A program made the translations under genes and the position numbers. The notes beneath the pieces were generated by a model. It was given only the letters and a program-made list of their open reading frames with translations, was not told the DNA's origin and ran no database searches. 64,000 bases of DNA from Selaginella moellendorffii (Eukaryota; Plantae; Lycopodiophyta). The stretch is taken from contig NW_003314263.1 in assembly GCF_000143415.4 (NCBI RefSeq), positions 746,165 to 810,164 of the forward strand, in the 5' to 3' direction. Position 1 is the stretch's first letter. Every line of letters begins with the position of its first letter. Below, one piece after another: positions 1 to 10,391 of this stretch.

Positions 1-2
1 CC

Positions 3-2654
3 GGGTGCGCAGGCGCTGGGAATCTCTCGCGGTCGCAGGAGCTCTTCGATTCCATCCCGGAGAGAGATCTTGTGTCCTGGAACACGATCATCGCGGCGTA
101 TGCCCAGAATGGGCATTGCAGAGAGGCGCTGGGATTTTTCCGGGGCTTGGATCTCGAGGGCGTGGCGCCGGATTCCATCAGCTTCGTGAGCGTTCTCGAT
201 GCCATTGCCGGGATCGAAGGGCTGGATAGAGATCTGGCAAGGGCGATTGCCATGGAAGCAATCTGGCTGGGAATTCATACCCAGATCGCTGTCGGGGCGG
301 CGCTCGTTGTGGTTTATGGAAAGATTGGCGAGGCCGAGAGCGCGGAGCATTTCTTTGATCGGATCATTGGCAGGAATGCGATATGCTGGAACGCCATGCT
401 GTCCGCGTATGCCCAATCAGGGAATCTTTGCAAAGCGCGAGAGTTCTTCGACCGAATGCCTTGCGTTGATGTGATCTCCTGGACGACGATAATTGATGCC
501 ACATCTCGCCATGAACGGCTCCAGGAGGGAAAGGATCTCTTTGATTGCATGAAACAAAGAGATTTGGCTGTCTGGAACGCTCTACTTTCGGCATTTGCCC
601 AAAAGGGGCATGTTTTGGAGTCTATAGATTTGTATGAAAGGCTCCCAGCCCACGATCTTCGTTCAAGAACATCACTGCTCATAGCTTATGCTTCGAAAGG
701 TGACATGGTTTCGTTGCTTGAGATATTTCATCAAACAAGCCACAAGGACGTCACTCTCTGGAACGCGATGATCACAGCACTTGCCCTGCTTGGGCATCTG
801 CTAGAAGCTCTAGACCTTTTCGATTCAATGGACGTTCTCAAGAACAAACTCACGTACATCATCGCCATCGACGCCTGCGGCAGCCTTGGCGATCCTGATC
901 GATGCGAGAGGATCTTCCACTTGAGCCAAGCCTGCGGATCCTTGCGTAGCAATCACGGAGTATCGTGCTCCTTGATCAAGATGTTTGGCAGATCCGGTGC
1001 GGTGGAGAGGGCCGAGCTCGTCTTCGAGCAGAAGAAGCGGCGGAGAGAGCTCTGGAACGCCATGATCGCGACGTATGCTCACAATGGATGCCTCGACGAA
1101 GCGATGCTCCTTTTCAAGACAATGCCCCGGAGAGATCTTTCCTCGTGGAGCATCGTCGCTAGAGCTCAAGCCCAGCAGGGACACTTCGATCAAGCACTGT
1201 TCTTGCTCGAGATCTCGCCAGAGATCACTATCGCGGCATGCAACGCGCTGATCACCGCGTATCTCCAGAGAGGCCACCTCGCTAGCGCGAGGCGGGTATT
1301 CGATCGGATGGAGCAGCGAGACACGAGTTCGTGGAGCTCGATCATCGCGGCCTATGCCCAGCTCGGTCACTGCGAGGAATCACTCGCGCTGTTCTGGCAG
1401 ATCGACACAACACCCGACCGCGCGACGTTCCTCGCAGCTCTCGATGCGTGCTCGGGCCTCTCGAGCCTCTCCCACTGCCGCCAAGTTCACGCAGCGGCGG
1501 ATCACACTGGCTGGATCTCCGATCTCGCCGTGGCGACTTCACTGGTGGCGAGCTATGGAAAATGCAAGGGAGTGGAGGAATCCAAGGCAGTGTTTGATCG
1601 CATCGAGCACCCATCCACTGTCTCGTGGAACTCTTTGCTAAGATCATATGCGCAAAACGGGCATCTCGCCAAGGCCGCGAGTTTCCTCGAGGAAACCATT
1701 CCTTCTCCAGACGTGGTCTCGTTTAACACGCTCGCGGCGGCTTATATCCAGCACGGGAGAGTGAACGAGGCTCTGGAGATTCTCACGAAAAGGATGCCCT
1801 GCTGGGACAGCTTCTCGCACAAAACAGCTATGGTGGCGCATGCCCAAGCCGGGCATATCCACAAAGCAAAGGAAATATTTGAGAAAATGGAGGAGCCAAG
1901 CACGGTCTCGTGGAACACCTTGATTTGTATCTTCGTCCAAGCCGGGGAATGCGAGAGTGCTGCTCGGCTCTTTCACCAAATGGATCTGGAAGGCACCCAG
2001 GCGGACAAGGTGAGTTTCTTGGCTGTTCTTGACGCCCTTGGGAGGATCACCGCTCTCCAAAAGGGAAAGCTTGTGCATGGTGAGCTCCATCACTCTAGGT
2101 TTCAATCCGACGTGATGACAAGCAATGCCGTTGTCAACTTTTATGGGAGGTGTGGATACCTTCAAGGGGCAAAGGTGGCGTTTGAGGCAACGACAAGGCA
2201 GGACGTGGTTTCATGGAATGGAATCATCTCGGTGTATGCAAACAACGGGCATTTTGAGGAAACTTTTGATCTCTTCTGGAGGATGAAGCTCGAGGGGCTT
2301 GATCCGGACGAAGTCACGTTTGTCAGTGTTCTCTCTGCATGTAGCCATGCCGGGTTCTTTGAGAGTGGTAAGTATAGTTTCCAGTCTCTTGTGCTCGATC
2401 ATCACATAGCTCCAAACTTGGAGCATTTCATGTGTGTGATCGATTTGCTTGGGCGAAGTGGCCGGCTTGACGAGGCCCAAGAGGTGATCGATAGCATGCC
2501 AATCGAGCCGGGCTCCATTGCCTACATGACGCTGCTTGGAGCTTGTAAAACTCATGGCAATAATCGGCTTGGAAACATGGCTGCTCCAAGCGCCATCACA
2601 AGAGCTTCTGGAGCATCAACTTATGTCCTTCTATCTCATATTTGTGTAGAGTGA
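3..2654 (+). CDS. PLS-class pentatricopeptide repeat protein (E-type C-terminus, no DYW), 5' end lies outside the window
   Basis: Intronless frame open from position 3. Many PPR motifs (DLVSWNTIIAAYAQNGH, VVSWNGIISVYANNGH, PDEVTFVSVLSACSHAG, HFMCVIDLLGRSGRLDEA). Ends with E-domain-like AYMTLLGACKTHG...STYVLLSHI. Confidence 0.93.
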   Translation, partial: GCAGAGNLSRSQELFDSIPERDLVSWNTIIAAYAQNGHCREALGFFRGLDLEGVAPDSISFVSVLDAIAGIEGLDRDLARAIAMEAIWLGIHTQIAVGAALVVVYGKIGEAESAEHFFDRIIGRNAICWNAMLSAYAQSGNLCKAREFFDRMPCVDVISWTTIIDATSRHERLQEGKDLFDCMKQRDLAVWNALLSAFAQKGHVLESIDLYERLPAHDLRSRTSLLIAYASKGDMVSLLEIFHQTSHKDVTLWNAMITALALLGHLLEALDLFDSMDVLKNKLTYIIAIDACGSLGDPDRCERIFHLSQACGSLRSNHGVSCSLIKMFGRSGAVERAELVFEQKKRRRELWNAMIATYAHNGCLDEAMLLFKTMPRRDLSSWSIVARAQAQQGHFDQALFLLEISPEITIAACNALITAYLQRGHLASARRVFDRMEQRDTSSWSSIIAAYAQLGHCEESLALFWQIDTTPDRATFLAALDACSGLSSLSHCRQVHAAADHTGWISDLAVATSLVASYGKCKGVEESKAVFDRIEHPSTVSWNSLLRSYAQNGHLAKAASFLEETIPSPDVVSFNTLAAAYIQHGRVNEALEILTKRMPCWDSFSHKTAMVAHAQAGHIHKAKEIFEKMEEPSTVSWNTLICIFVQAGECESAARLFHQMDLEGTQADKVSFLAVLDALGRITALQKGKLVHGELHHSRFQSDVMTSNAVVNFYGRCGYLQGAKVAFEATTRQDVVSWNGIISVYANNGHFEETFDLFWRMKLEGLDPDEVTFVSVLSACSHAGFFESGKYSFQSLVLDHHIAPNLEHFMCVIDLLGRSGRLDEAQEVIDSMPIEPGSIAYMTLLGACKTHGNNRLGNMAAPSAITRASGASTYVLLSHICVE

Positions 2655-3643
2655 ATGCTAGATTTTAAATTCTCATCTTGGTGATTGCCATATAGAAGTT
2701 TGCTCTACAGTGTTGTATACGACAACATGTCCAGAGTTATCAACACATAATGCACTAGTAATCCATTTGTCTTTCCAGTAAATGCTGTCTGACCAAACAA
2801 CCGTGTAATTTTCATCATAGATTACCATATTTCCATCTTTTTGCAACCTTAGAAAGCATCCATTGCCTTTGCTATTTGTGTGAGTGCTCCAAACAATTAC
2901 ACTCTTTGTAGATTGCAGTCAAGTTGCATGTAAAGCATGAATAAACCATTTAAAGATTGCAGAAAGTTCCCATTTGATAATGTAGAAAAGACAGAATGGT
3001 GTGGTCCATTTCTTATGCATACCTTATAATATTGCAATCGTTTTTATATGGTTTTGTAGGGTGAAATAAGCAAGTTTTACTTTATCTGGAAAAATATAAT
3101 CTGAATCGAGCTGATACTATATGCTAAACCGTCCATTGATATATTCTACAAAATCATCCATAACAAAATCAGCCATCATATCTGTAAATTCTACTTGTAA
3201 ATCAAAGCCTTTATATTTTATCTACTATTTGGTTGTGCATTTAATAATGATATTGTCATTCTTAAGGATTTACCATTTTTTGAAAACACTACTTTAGAAA
3301 GTGAAAATCCTGAGTAATAATTATCTTTTCTTCCTACGTCTTTAATAAGATCTAAAAGAAAACCCATGATTCTATGTTTAAAACTGGTTAGTTTGTTATA
3401 TTTTGGTTTAGTTAAGTAAAATTAAAATAGTTTAATTTTTATTTATTTATAAATTCTTTAATTTTAAAATGTAAAACCTTTTACAAGCGTTTGAGATGAA
3501 TATTTAATATGCCCAAATCTTTATTTCTCTTAATTTCTATATTATTTCTAAAACATTGTTACACTTTAAGTGTCATTTACGAAAATCCAAATTCTATATC
3601 ACTAAGCCTGGATCTAAATAATAAATAATATCCTCGAAGAATC

Positions 3644-5890
3644 TTAGGGCACTTGCATCGGGCGCTGCTTTGGATCCGGTTGGATGCACCACACTCCAAT
3701 GCGAAGCAGCTTCTCGGCCTTAGAGGTAGCCTCCATTTCTTGCCGCGCCCTCTTCTCTTCTAACATCTCCATTAACTTCCCAGACCGAAGCTTCTCAAAC
3801 CGCCAGGAACTTTGGGCTCCTCCCGCAAGACACACAGGTATGGAAAGCTTGAAGTCCGCTAGCCACTTCCAGCACAAGGATCCCAAAGCTGTAGATGTCC
3901 AGTTTGTCTCTCACTCTCATCTGCAACCATTCCGGAGCCATGTATCCGGGTGTTCCTCAGATCATTGTCATGACATCGCTTAGATCTCCTTGCTCTACCA
4001 TCCTCGACAGTCCAAACTCTGCTATCTTGACACCAAAGTTTTCGTCCAGGAGTAGGTTTTGCGGCTTGATGTCCAAGTGCAGGACTCTAGTGCTGCATTC
4101 CTCGTGGAGGTAGCACATCCCTCGAGCAATCTCCTCGACTATCTTGAATCTCGTGTCCCAGTTGAGCTCTTCCCGCGGCTTGTAGATCCACTTGTCTAGC
4201 GATCCGTTTGCTACGTACTCGTAAATCAGGAAGTAGTGTGATTCCTGGGAAAAAAAGCCTTTGAGTCTTACAAGGTTCTTGTGATGGATGATTCCGATCG
4301 CTCTCACCTCCGCCTTGAACTGTTTGTATCCTTGGCTCGAGAAGCTCTCCAGCCGTTTCACGGCAACGGAGAGTATCCCTTCGAAAACCGTGCCAACGCC
4401 TCCACTTGCGATTTTCTCACTGAAGGCTTTGGTTGCAGTGAGGAGCTCCGGGTAATTGAAGACGTGCACCACGTCCATAGCACCGAACGGAAACGATGGT
4501 TTGTAGTGTTTGAGATACGAGTTTATCTGTTTCTTCCAGATCACCATTGCGATGATGATTATAGCCATGGTTGCCACAGAGAAAACCGCGACGATGGCTG
4601 GCTTTGCCTGTTTTTGCTACTTGGCGACTTTGTGAGTTGAGCTTCGGAAGATCTCCAGCTTGGTACAGCTTGATCGAAAACAGCAAAGCTTGATCGACGA
4701 CGTTGCGAGTTTTGTTCAGAGAAAAAACTTCGATCATCTGGAAACAGGTAGTCGTTTCTCCTGGCTTAGCACCCCTTTGCACGAACAGTTTTTGATACAC
4801 AGGGCCATGCACGCTGCTGGAGTGACGTTGTGGAGCGCACTGGATAAATCTAGAGGTTTGTAGAAGTATCGTACTGTGGCTTCGAGCATGTAGTGATGTT
4901 GCGAGTTCTCGCAGGTTCTTCCAGGTGCTTGCATCCCTCCTTGTTCCCGGAAGAAACGTACTTCGTGAACGATGCAGAGGCATCCTTCAGCTGTCTCGAA
5001 CGAGATCCCACAGGTTCGAGTAAGCGAGCTTTTCCCGAAGAAGAGGGGGTTTAAGTTGATGCTCTTCGTGCTGTTGCCGGTGCTGAATGATCTCGAGGTA
5101 AACCGGGGCTCTCCATTCGAGTAGATCTTGAGGAACTGGTGCCCTGTTTGATCAGTAACACCACCGATCGTTGGAGTGGACCACATAACACCTTTCGTCC
5201 CGTGGATTTCCAAGCTGCTATTGACGAGGAAGAGAAATGATATCTCTTCTTCTTCCTCATCGGAGCTCCAGACCTCTCCAAAAGATCCTCAACATACTGG
5301 AGTTCAAAGCGACCGAGAAGCGGCTACCTCGAGTGAGAAGTACCCTGGCTCTTTGTTCTCCTAGAGATGCTGGCTACTAACTTCATCCCAGGGAGCACAG
5401 CATCACAGGGATGATCAAAGCTCTGCCACAGGAAAGCTCCAATTTTGCTCCGGATGACGAGATTTCCAGAGCTCTCGAGGGCCAAGACTTGCGCTCCAGA
5501 TCCTCCCGTGTTGGTCAACCACACAAAGCTTCCAATGTCACTGGAAGCACCATCTTCCTCCAAGCTCCACTCTCGAATCCACTCCAGATATTTCGAATTA
5601 GCCTTGGCTTCAGCACCCCTTCCTGCCTCCTACTTGGGAGCAAACCTCCCAAGAGTTCCAGTTCTACTTGTCAGTCTTCTACGCCATGGACGACAAGGAG
5701 AGTTTCAATCTCTACTATCTAGCAGCGGTGACATGGCGAGCTACGCGAAAACCGTCCCGAAAGGAGCGTACCTCAGCTTTACCAGCGATGGCGACCTGGT
5801 GCTGAGCGACGTGGATAGGTACCCAGCTTGTGCTTGGCTTGGCTGTGGATTCCTGTTGGCATTGTCCAAGGAGAACCAGCGGACGATCTT
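3644..5890 (-). pseudogene. G-type lectin S-domain receptor-like kinase pseudogene
   Basis: Fragments in several frames: B-lectin (FVWLTNT..LESSGNLVI..LWQSFDHPCDAVLPG), PAN-like (CMALCIKNCSCKG), TM, and kinase (VAVKRL, HHKNLVRLKG, LHLDIKPQNLLLD). DFG is changed to EFG, there is an in-frame TGA in [13 protein letters not shown], plus frameshifts. Confidence 0.88.
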
Positions 5891-6151
5891 ATGAATCGAG
5901 CTAATGATCAAGTTTAAATATTCTTAGAACCTTAGAACGAACTATGATTTACTTGAATGAGGACTTGTTCAAAGCTACTTGTCTCCCAATGGACGATCCA
6001 GCAGCAATGGCATGGCAAGCTACCTTACAAACTCAGTTGAAAAAAGTAAAAGTATAGCGAAAATCTTGTAAAAATATAAAATTCGTAGAGAGTATCAGCA
6101 ATTATAAGCTTTTGATCCCAGATGTTGCTTACACTTGTCATCAAACGCAGA

Positions 6152-6756
6152 TCACTTCATCAGGTTCACCGTTTTGGGGCACATTCCAAGGCAGGTACCA
6201 AAAGGGTTCTTCTTGCAGCAGTAGTGTTTCTTGGACGAGTCGCACAGCTGAAAGCAGGTACCAAGAGGGTTCTTGAGGCAGCAGAAGTATTTGACATTGG
6301 TCTCGCAAAGTTGCAGGCAGCCGCCGAGTCCATTCTTGAGGCAGCAGTAGTATTTGATCTTGGAGTCGCACTCCTGAACACATGATCCCAAACCATCCTT
6401 CAGGCAGCAGTACTTATCTTGGAGGCCTGCAGCATTAACAAACGGAGAAGCAGTGGCGCATAATAAATATCACAAGGACAACTCATGATCACAACAAGAG
6501 GGATCATAACGTGATCTATGTTACCGTGTTTGGAGGGGATGACAACATTGAGACCAGCAGCCTCGTTACTACCTTCACGAGACCCCTCAACGATGTAAGT
6601 CACATCGCTCTCCTTGTCAGTCACTAGAACGATATCTGCAAGTTAGACAAACGATTTGCAAGAATGCGGACACGTACGCTCAATGTTGCGAGATGCATCG
6701 GCTACGAAGAGCAGCAGGCCAAAGAGGAGGGCGGAAAGAAGAAACACTTTGGCCAT
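6152..6756 (-). CDS. Secreted cysteine-rich multi-repeat peptide precursor, copy 1 (154 aa, 4 units of CC-x7-C-x3-C)
   Basis: Exons 6756-6678, 6635-6525 and 6426-6152 with GT-AG introns of 42 and 98 nt join in frame. Product: MAKVFLLSALLFGLLLFVADA signal, then an acidic-leaning pro-region, then 4 Cys units. TATA-like TTTATAAA about 50 bp upstream. Confidence 0.8.
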
Positions 6757-7196
6757 TCTCCTTGAACTGAACCCAGAAATGACAATATAAGGTTTTGCAT
6801 CTGTTTATAAAGGGGGAACGCCTGCATGCACAAAATATCTTCTAAAAATATCTTCCAAAAATATCTTCTAATGTTTCCTCCTCTCAAAATTGGATCAACG
6901 TGCTAAAGTATTTGTCATGGTTTTTTGAGTGATAACTCATTGCCATCTGTTTGCCAAGGTGGAAGTCACAAAACCCATAGCAAGTCGTTTGACGTCAGCT
7001 GAAATATACATGGTTGGTCTCAAGTATCTGGCACCCATGAAAATCGATATCTAAACAAGGTGCTTGCGCTAAAGCCAAGTAAATGATCGATGGCATCACC
7101 TGTCTGAAAAACCTCTAGAGCTTCTTGGTAGCATCATGTCTATTTCCAAATGGAATAGGGATGCAAGCCAATGTCCCCTTCACCCGAGGGGAACCG

Positions 7197-7507
7197 NNNN
7201 NNNNNNNNNNNNNNNNNNNNNNNNNNNNNNNNNNNNNNNNNNNNNNNNNNNNNNNNNNNNNNNNNNNNNNNNNNNNNNNNNNNNNNNNNNNNNNNNNNNN
7301 NNNNNNNNNNNNNNNNNNNNNNNNNNNNNNNNNNNNNNNNNNNNNNNNNNNNNNNNNNNNNNNNNNNNNNNNNNNNNNNNNNNNNNNNNNNNNNNNNNNN
7401 NNNNNNNNNNNNNNNNNNNNNNNNNNNNNNNNNNNNNNNNNNNNNNNNNNNNNNNNNNNNNNNNNNNNNNNNNNNNNNNNNNNNNNNNNNNNNNNNNNNN
7501 NNNNNNN
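7197..7507. other. Assembly gap (N run) at the centre of the inverted duplication
   Basis: 311 Ns. Confidence 1.
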
Positions 7508-8029
7508 AGGGCTCATTTGTATGATGAGAAAGTGGACAAATTGAGCCAAAGAGAACAGATCCCTCTCACCATAAGTGACATTGACTTGCATTCTTATTCC
7601 ATTTTGAAATAGACATGATGCTACCAAGAAGCTCTAGAGGTTTTCTAGACGATGCCATCGATCATTTACTCGGCTTTAGCGCAAGCACTTTGTTTAAAAT
7701 AACAAAACCCAGGCTGACAAATCAAATAAAAAGTGATACGCATATCGATTTTCATGGGTGCCAGATACTTGAGACCAACCATGTATATTTCAGCTGATGT
7801 CAAACGACTTGCTATGGGTTTTGTGACTTCCACCTTGGCAAACAGATGGCAATGAGTTATCACTCAAAAAACCATGACAAATACTTTAACACGTTATAAT
7901 CTTGGGATCGAAGAAAAACCAATTTTGGGAATCAGAGGAGGAAACATTAGAAGATATTTTTCAGGCGTTCCCCCTTTATAAATAGATGCAAAACTTTATA
8001 TTTTCATTTCTGGGTTCAGTTCAAGGAGA

Positions 8030-8568
8030 ATGGCCAAAGTGTTTCTTCTTTCCGCCCTCCTCGTTGGCCTGCTGCTCTTCGTAGCCAATGCATCTCGCAA
8101 CACTCAGCATACGTGTCCGCATTCTTGCAAATCGTTTGTCTAACTTGCAGATATCGTTCTAGTGACTGACAAGGAGAGCGATGTGACTTACATCGTTGAG
8201 GGGTCTCGTGAAGGTAGTAACGAGGCTGCTGGTCTCAATGTTGTCATCCCCTCCAAACACGGTAACATAGATCACGTTATGATCCCTCTTGTTGTGATCA
8301 TGAGCTGTTCTTGTGATATTTATTATGCGCCACTGCTTCTCCGTTTGTTAATAATGCAAGCCTCCAAGATACGTACTGCTGCCTGAGGAACGCCTTTGGA
8401 TGTCTTCAGAAGTGCGACTCCAACATCAATTACTTCTGCTGCCTCAAGAATGCAATAGGTGGCTGCTTACAGATGTGCGACTCATCCAAGAAACACTACT
8501 GCTGCAAGAAGAACCTTTTTGGCACCTGCGTTGAAATGTGCCCCAAAACGGTGAACCTGATGAAGTGA
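8030..8568 (+). pseudogene. Cys-rich multi-repeat peptide precursor, copy 2 (3 units, both splice sites damaged)
   Basis: Mirror of copy 1. Intron-1 donor GT changed to AT (8109) and intron-2 acceptor CAG changed to CAA. Exon-3 frame intact: YCCLRNAFGCLQKC-DSNINYF-CCLKNAIGGCLQMC-DSSKKHY-CCKKNLFGTCVEMC-PKTVNLMK*. Confidence 0.7.
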
Positions 8569-9193
8569 TCTGCGTTTGATGGCAAGTGTAAGCAACATCT
8601 GGGATCAAAAGCTTATAATTGCTGATACTCTCTACAAATTTTATATTTTTACAAGATTTTCGCTATACTTTTACTTTTTTCAACTGAGTTTGTAAGGTAG
8701 CTTGCCATGCCACTGCTGCTGGATCGTCCAATTATAGTTCGTTCTAAGGTTCTAAGAATATATAAACTTGAATTTTAGCTCGATTCATAAGATCGTCCGC
8801 TGGTTCTCCTTGGACAACGCCAACAGGAATCCACAAAGGGATGTCCGCTTGTTGTGGCAAAGAGTCAAGGGTGGCAAAGGGAAGCTTGTGGTGGATCAGA
8901 TTCAAAGGTTGCAAGCCTGTGAACACAGGCAAAGGTGGCAAGCCTACAAGCAAAAGGCAAAGGTGCTGCCAAGAGTAGAGAACTGCTGTTTGCATGAACC
9001 TACGCACCCGAAATACTACTCGATAGCCCTGCTCATGATCCACTAGAGTTGCAAGCTCATGATCAAATGGCAGTTCTAAGCAATACCATTTCCACTTGTT
9101 GAAGAATGGGTTTCCCCAACCCAAAAACTCTGCCTTCCTGGACCAGCACCATTGAGAGACCAACTCGATAACGATGGCAGTAACGATGTCCCT

Positions 9194-9360
9194 ATGGTGG
9201 ATTTGTATGGCAAGTGTGGAAGCACGATTAATTCTCGGCTGGTTCTACGTCCGGAGAAGACATGGTAAAGCTGGAACATAGCGTTTTGAAAACCATGGAG
9301 AATCAAGCTTCTTTCCAAACCTTGCGAACAGAGCTGAAGCAGGTTTGCTCTATCGAAGAA
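9194..9360 (+). pseudogene. Short degenerate PPR fragment
   Basis: MVDLYGKCGS motif followed by a frameshifted DMVSWN-like motif and stops. Confidence 0.45.
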
Positions 9361-9363
9361 TAG

Positions 9364-10391
9364 TTAAGCATGGCCTTGCATCTGCCGCAAACGTCGTGAG
9401 CTTGTTACTTCCATTGAATCAAAGAGGTCCATGAAGCTGGACAAGTACTGTGACCATCGCGTTCCAAAGGGTGACGTTCTTGTAACTTGTTTGATAAAAG
9501 ATCTCAAGTAGCGGATCCATGTATAAGCCATGGGTAGGAGCGAAGATCGGAAGTCATTCGAACAGATCCCCCTTTTGGGCATTAAGATAAGCGCATTCCA
9601 GACCGCTAAATCTCTTTGTTTCATGCAATCAAAGAGATCCTTTGCCTCCTGGAGCTCTTCTTGGCGAGGTGTGGCATCTATGATCGTCGTCCATGAGATC
9701 ACATCCAAGCAAGGGATTCGAACGAAGAGCTTTCGCGCTTTGCACAGCATCGCGTTCCAGCAGATCGCATTCCTGCCAATGATCCGATCAAAGCACTGCT
9801 CCGCGCTCTCGGCCTCGCCAGTCCTTCCATAAACCACAACGATCGCTGTCCCCACAGCGATCTGGGTGTAAATTCCCAGCCAGATCGCTTCCATGGCGAT
9901 CGCCTTTCCCAGATCTCATCCCGGCAATGGCATCGAGAACGGTCACGAAGCTGATGGAATCCGGCGCCATCCAAGCCCCGGTAGAATCGCAGCGCCTCTC
10001 TGCAATGCCCGTTCTGGGCATACGCCGAGATGATTGTTCCAGGACACAAGATCTCTCTCCGGCATGGAATCGAAGAGCTCCTGCGACCGCGGGAGGTCCC
10101 AGCGCCCGCGTACCCGGCGATCAGCGCATTCCAGGAGACCACATCGCGCAGAGCCATTCGCGTGAAAACTTCCCTGACTCTGACAAGATCCCCTGTCTGG
10201 GCAAATGCTCGAAGCAAGATCGTCCACGAGTAGACGTTGTGGCGGGCGGTGCCGCTGTGGAAGACGATCTCTGCATCGGGCAGGCTGCCGCAGACGCTGT
10301 ACATGCGAATGACGAGATTCGCGATGCGATCCAGGCCTGCCCTGGCGATCTGCGAGTGAAGAATGCGCCTCCGTGGGAAAGAAAGAACCAT
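9364..10391 (-). pseudogene. Truncated, frameshifted inverted copy of the PPR gene at the window start
   Basis: MEAIWLGIYTQIAVGTAIVVVYGRTGEAESAEQCFDRIIGRNAICWNAML nearly matches ORF 72-2654. Multiple deletions and frameshifts, and it ends after about a third of the gene. Confidence 0.88.

Larger units (their letters stand above)
5844..8835. repeat. Large inverted duplication: arms ~5844-7178 and ~7577-8835 either side of the gap
   Basis: 5844 tgtggattcctgttggc is the reverse complement of the sequence ending 8835. The 6030-6200 segment mirrors 8520-8700. 7110-7178 mirrors 7577-7645. Confidence 0.92.

Noticed and set aside
7115-7627. ORFs spanning the N gap
   Set aside because: Artefacts of translating Ns.
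8836-9190. ORFs 8768-9046 and 8744-9163
   Set aside because: No recognisable domain. Looks like filler at the duplication breakpoint.
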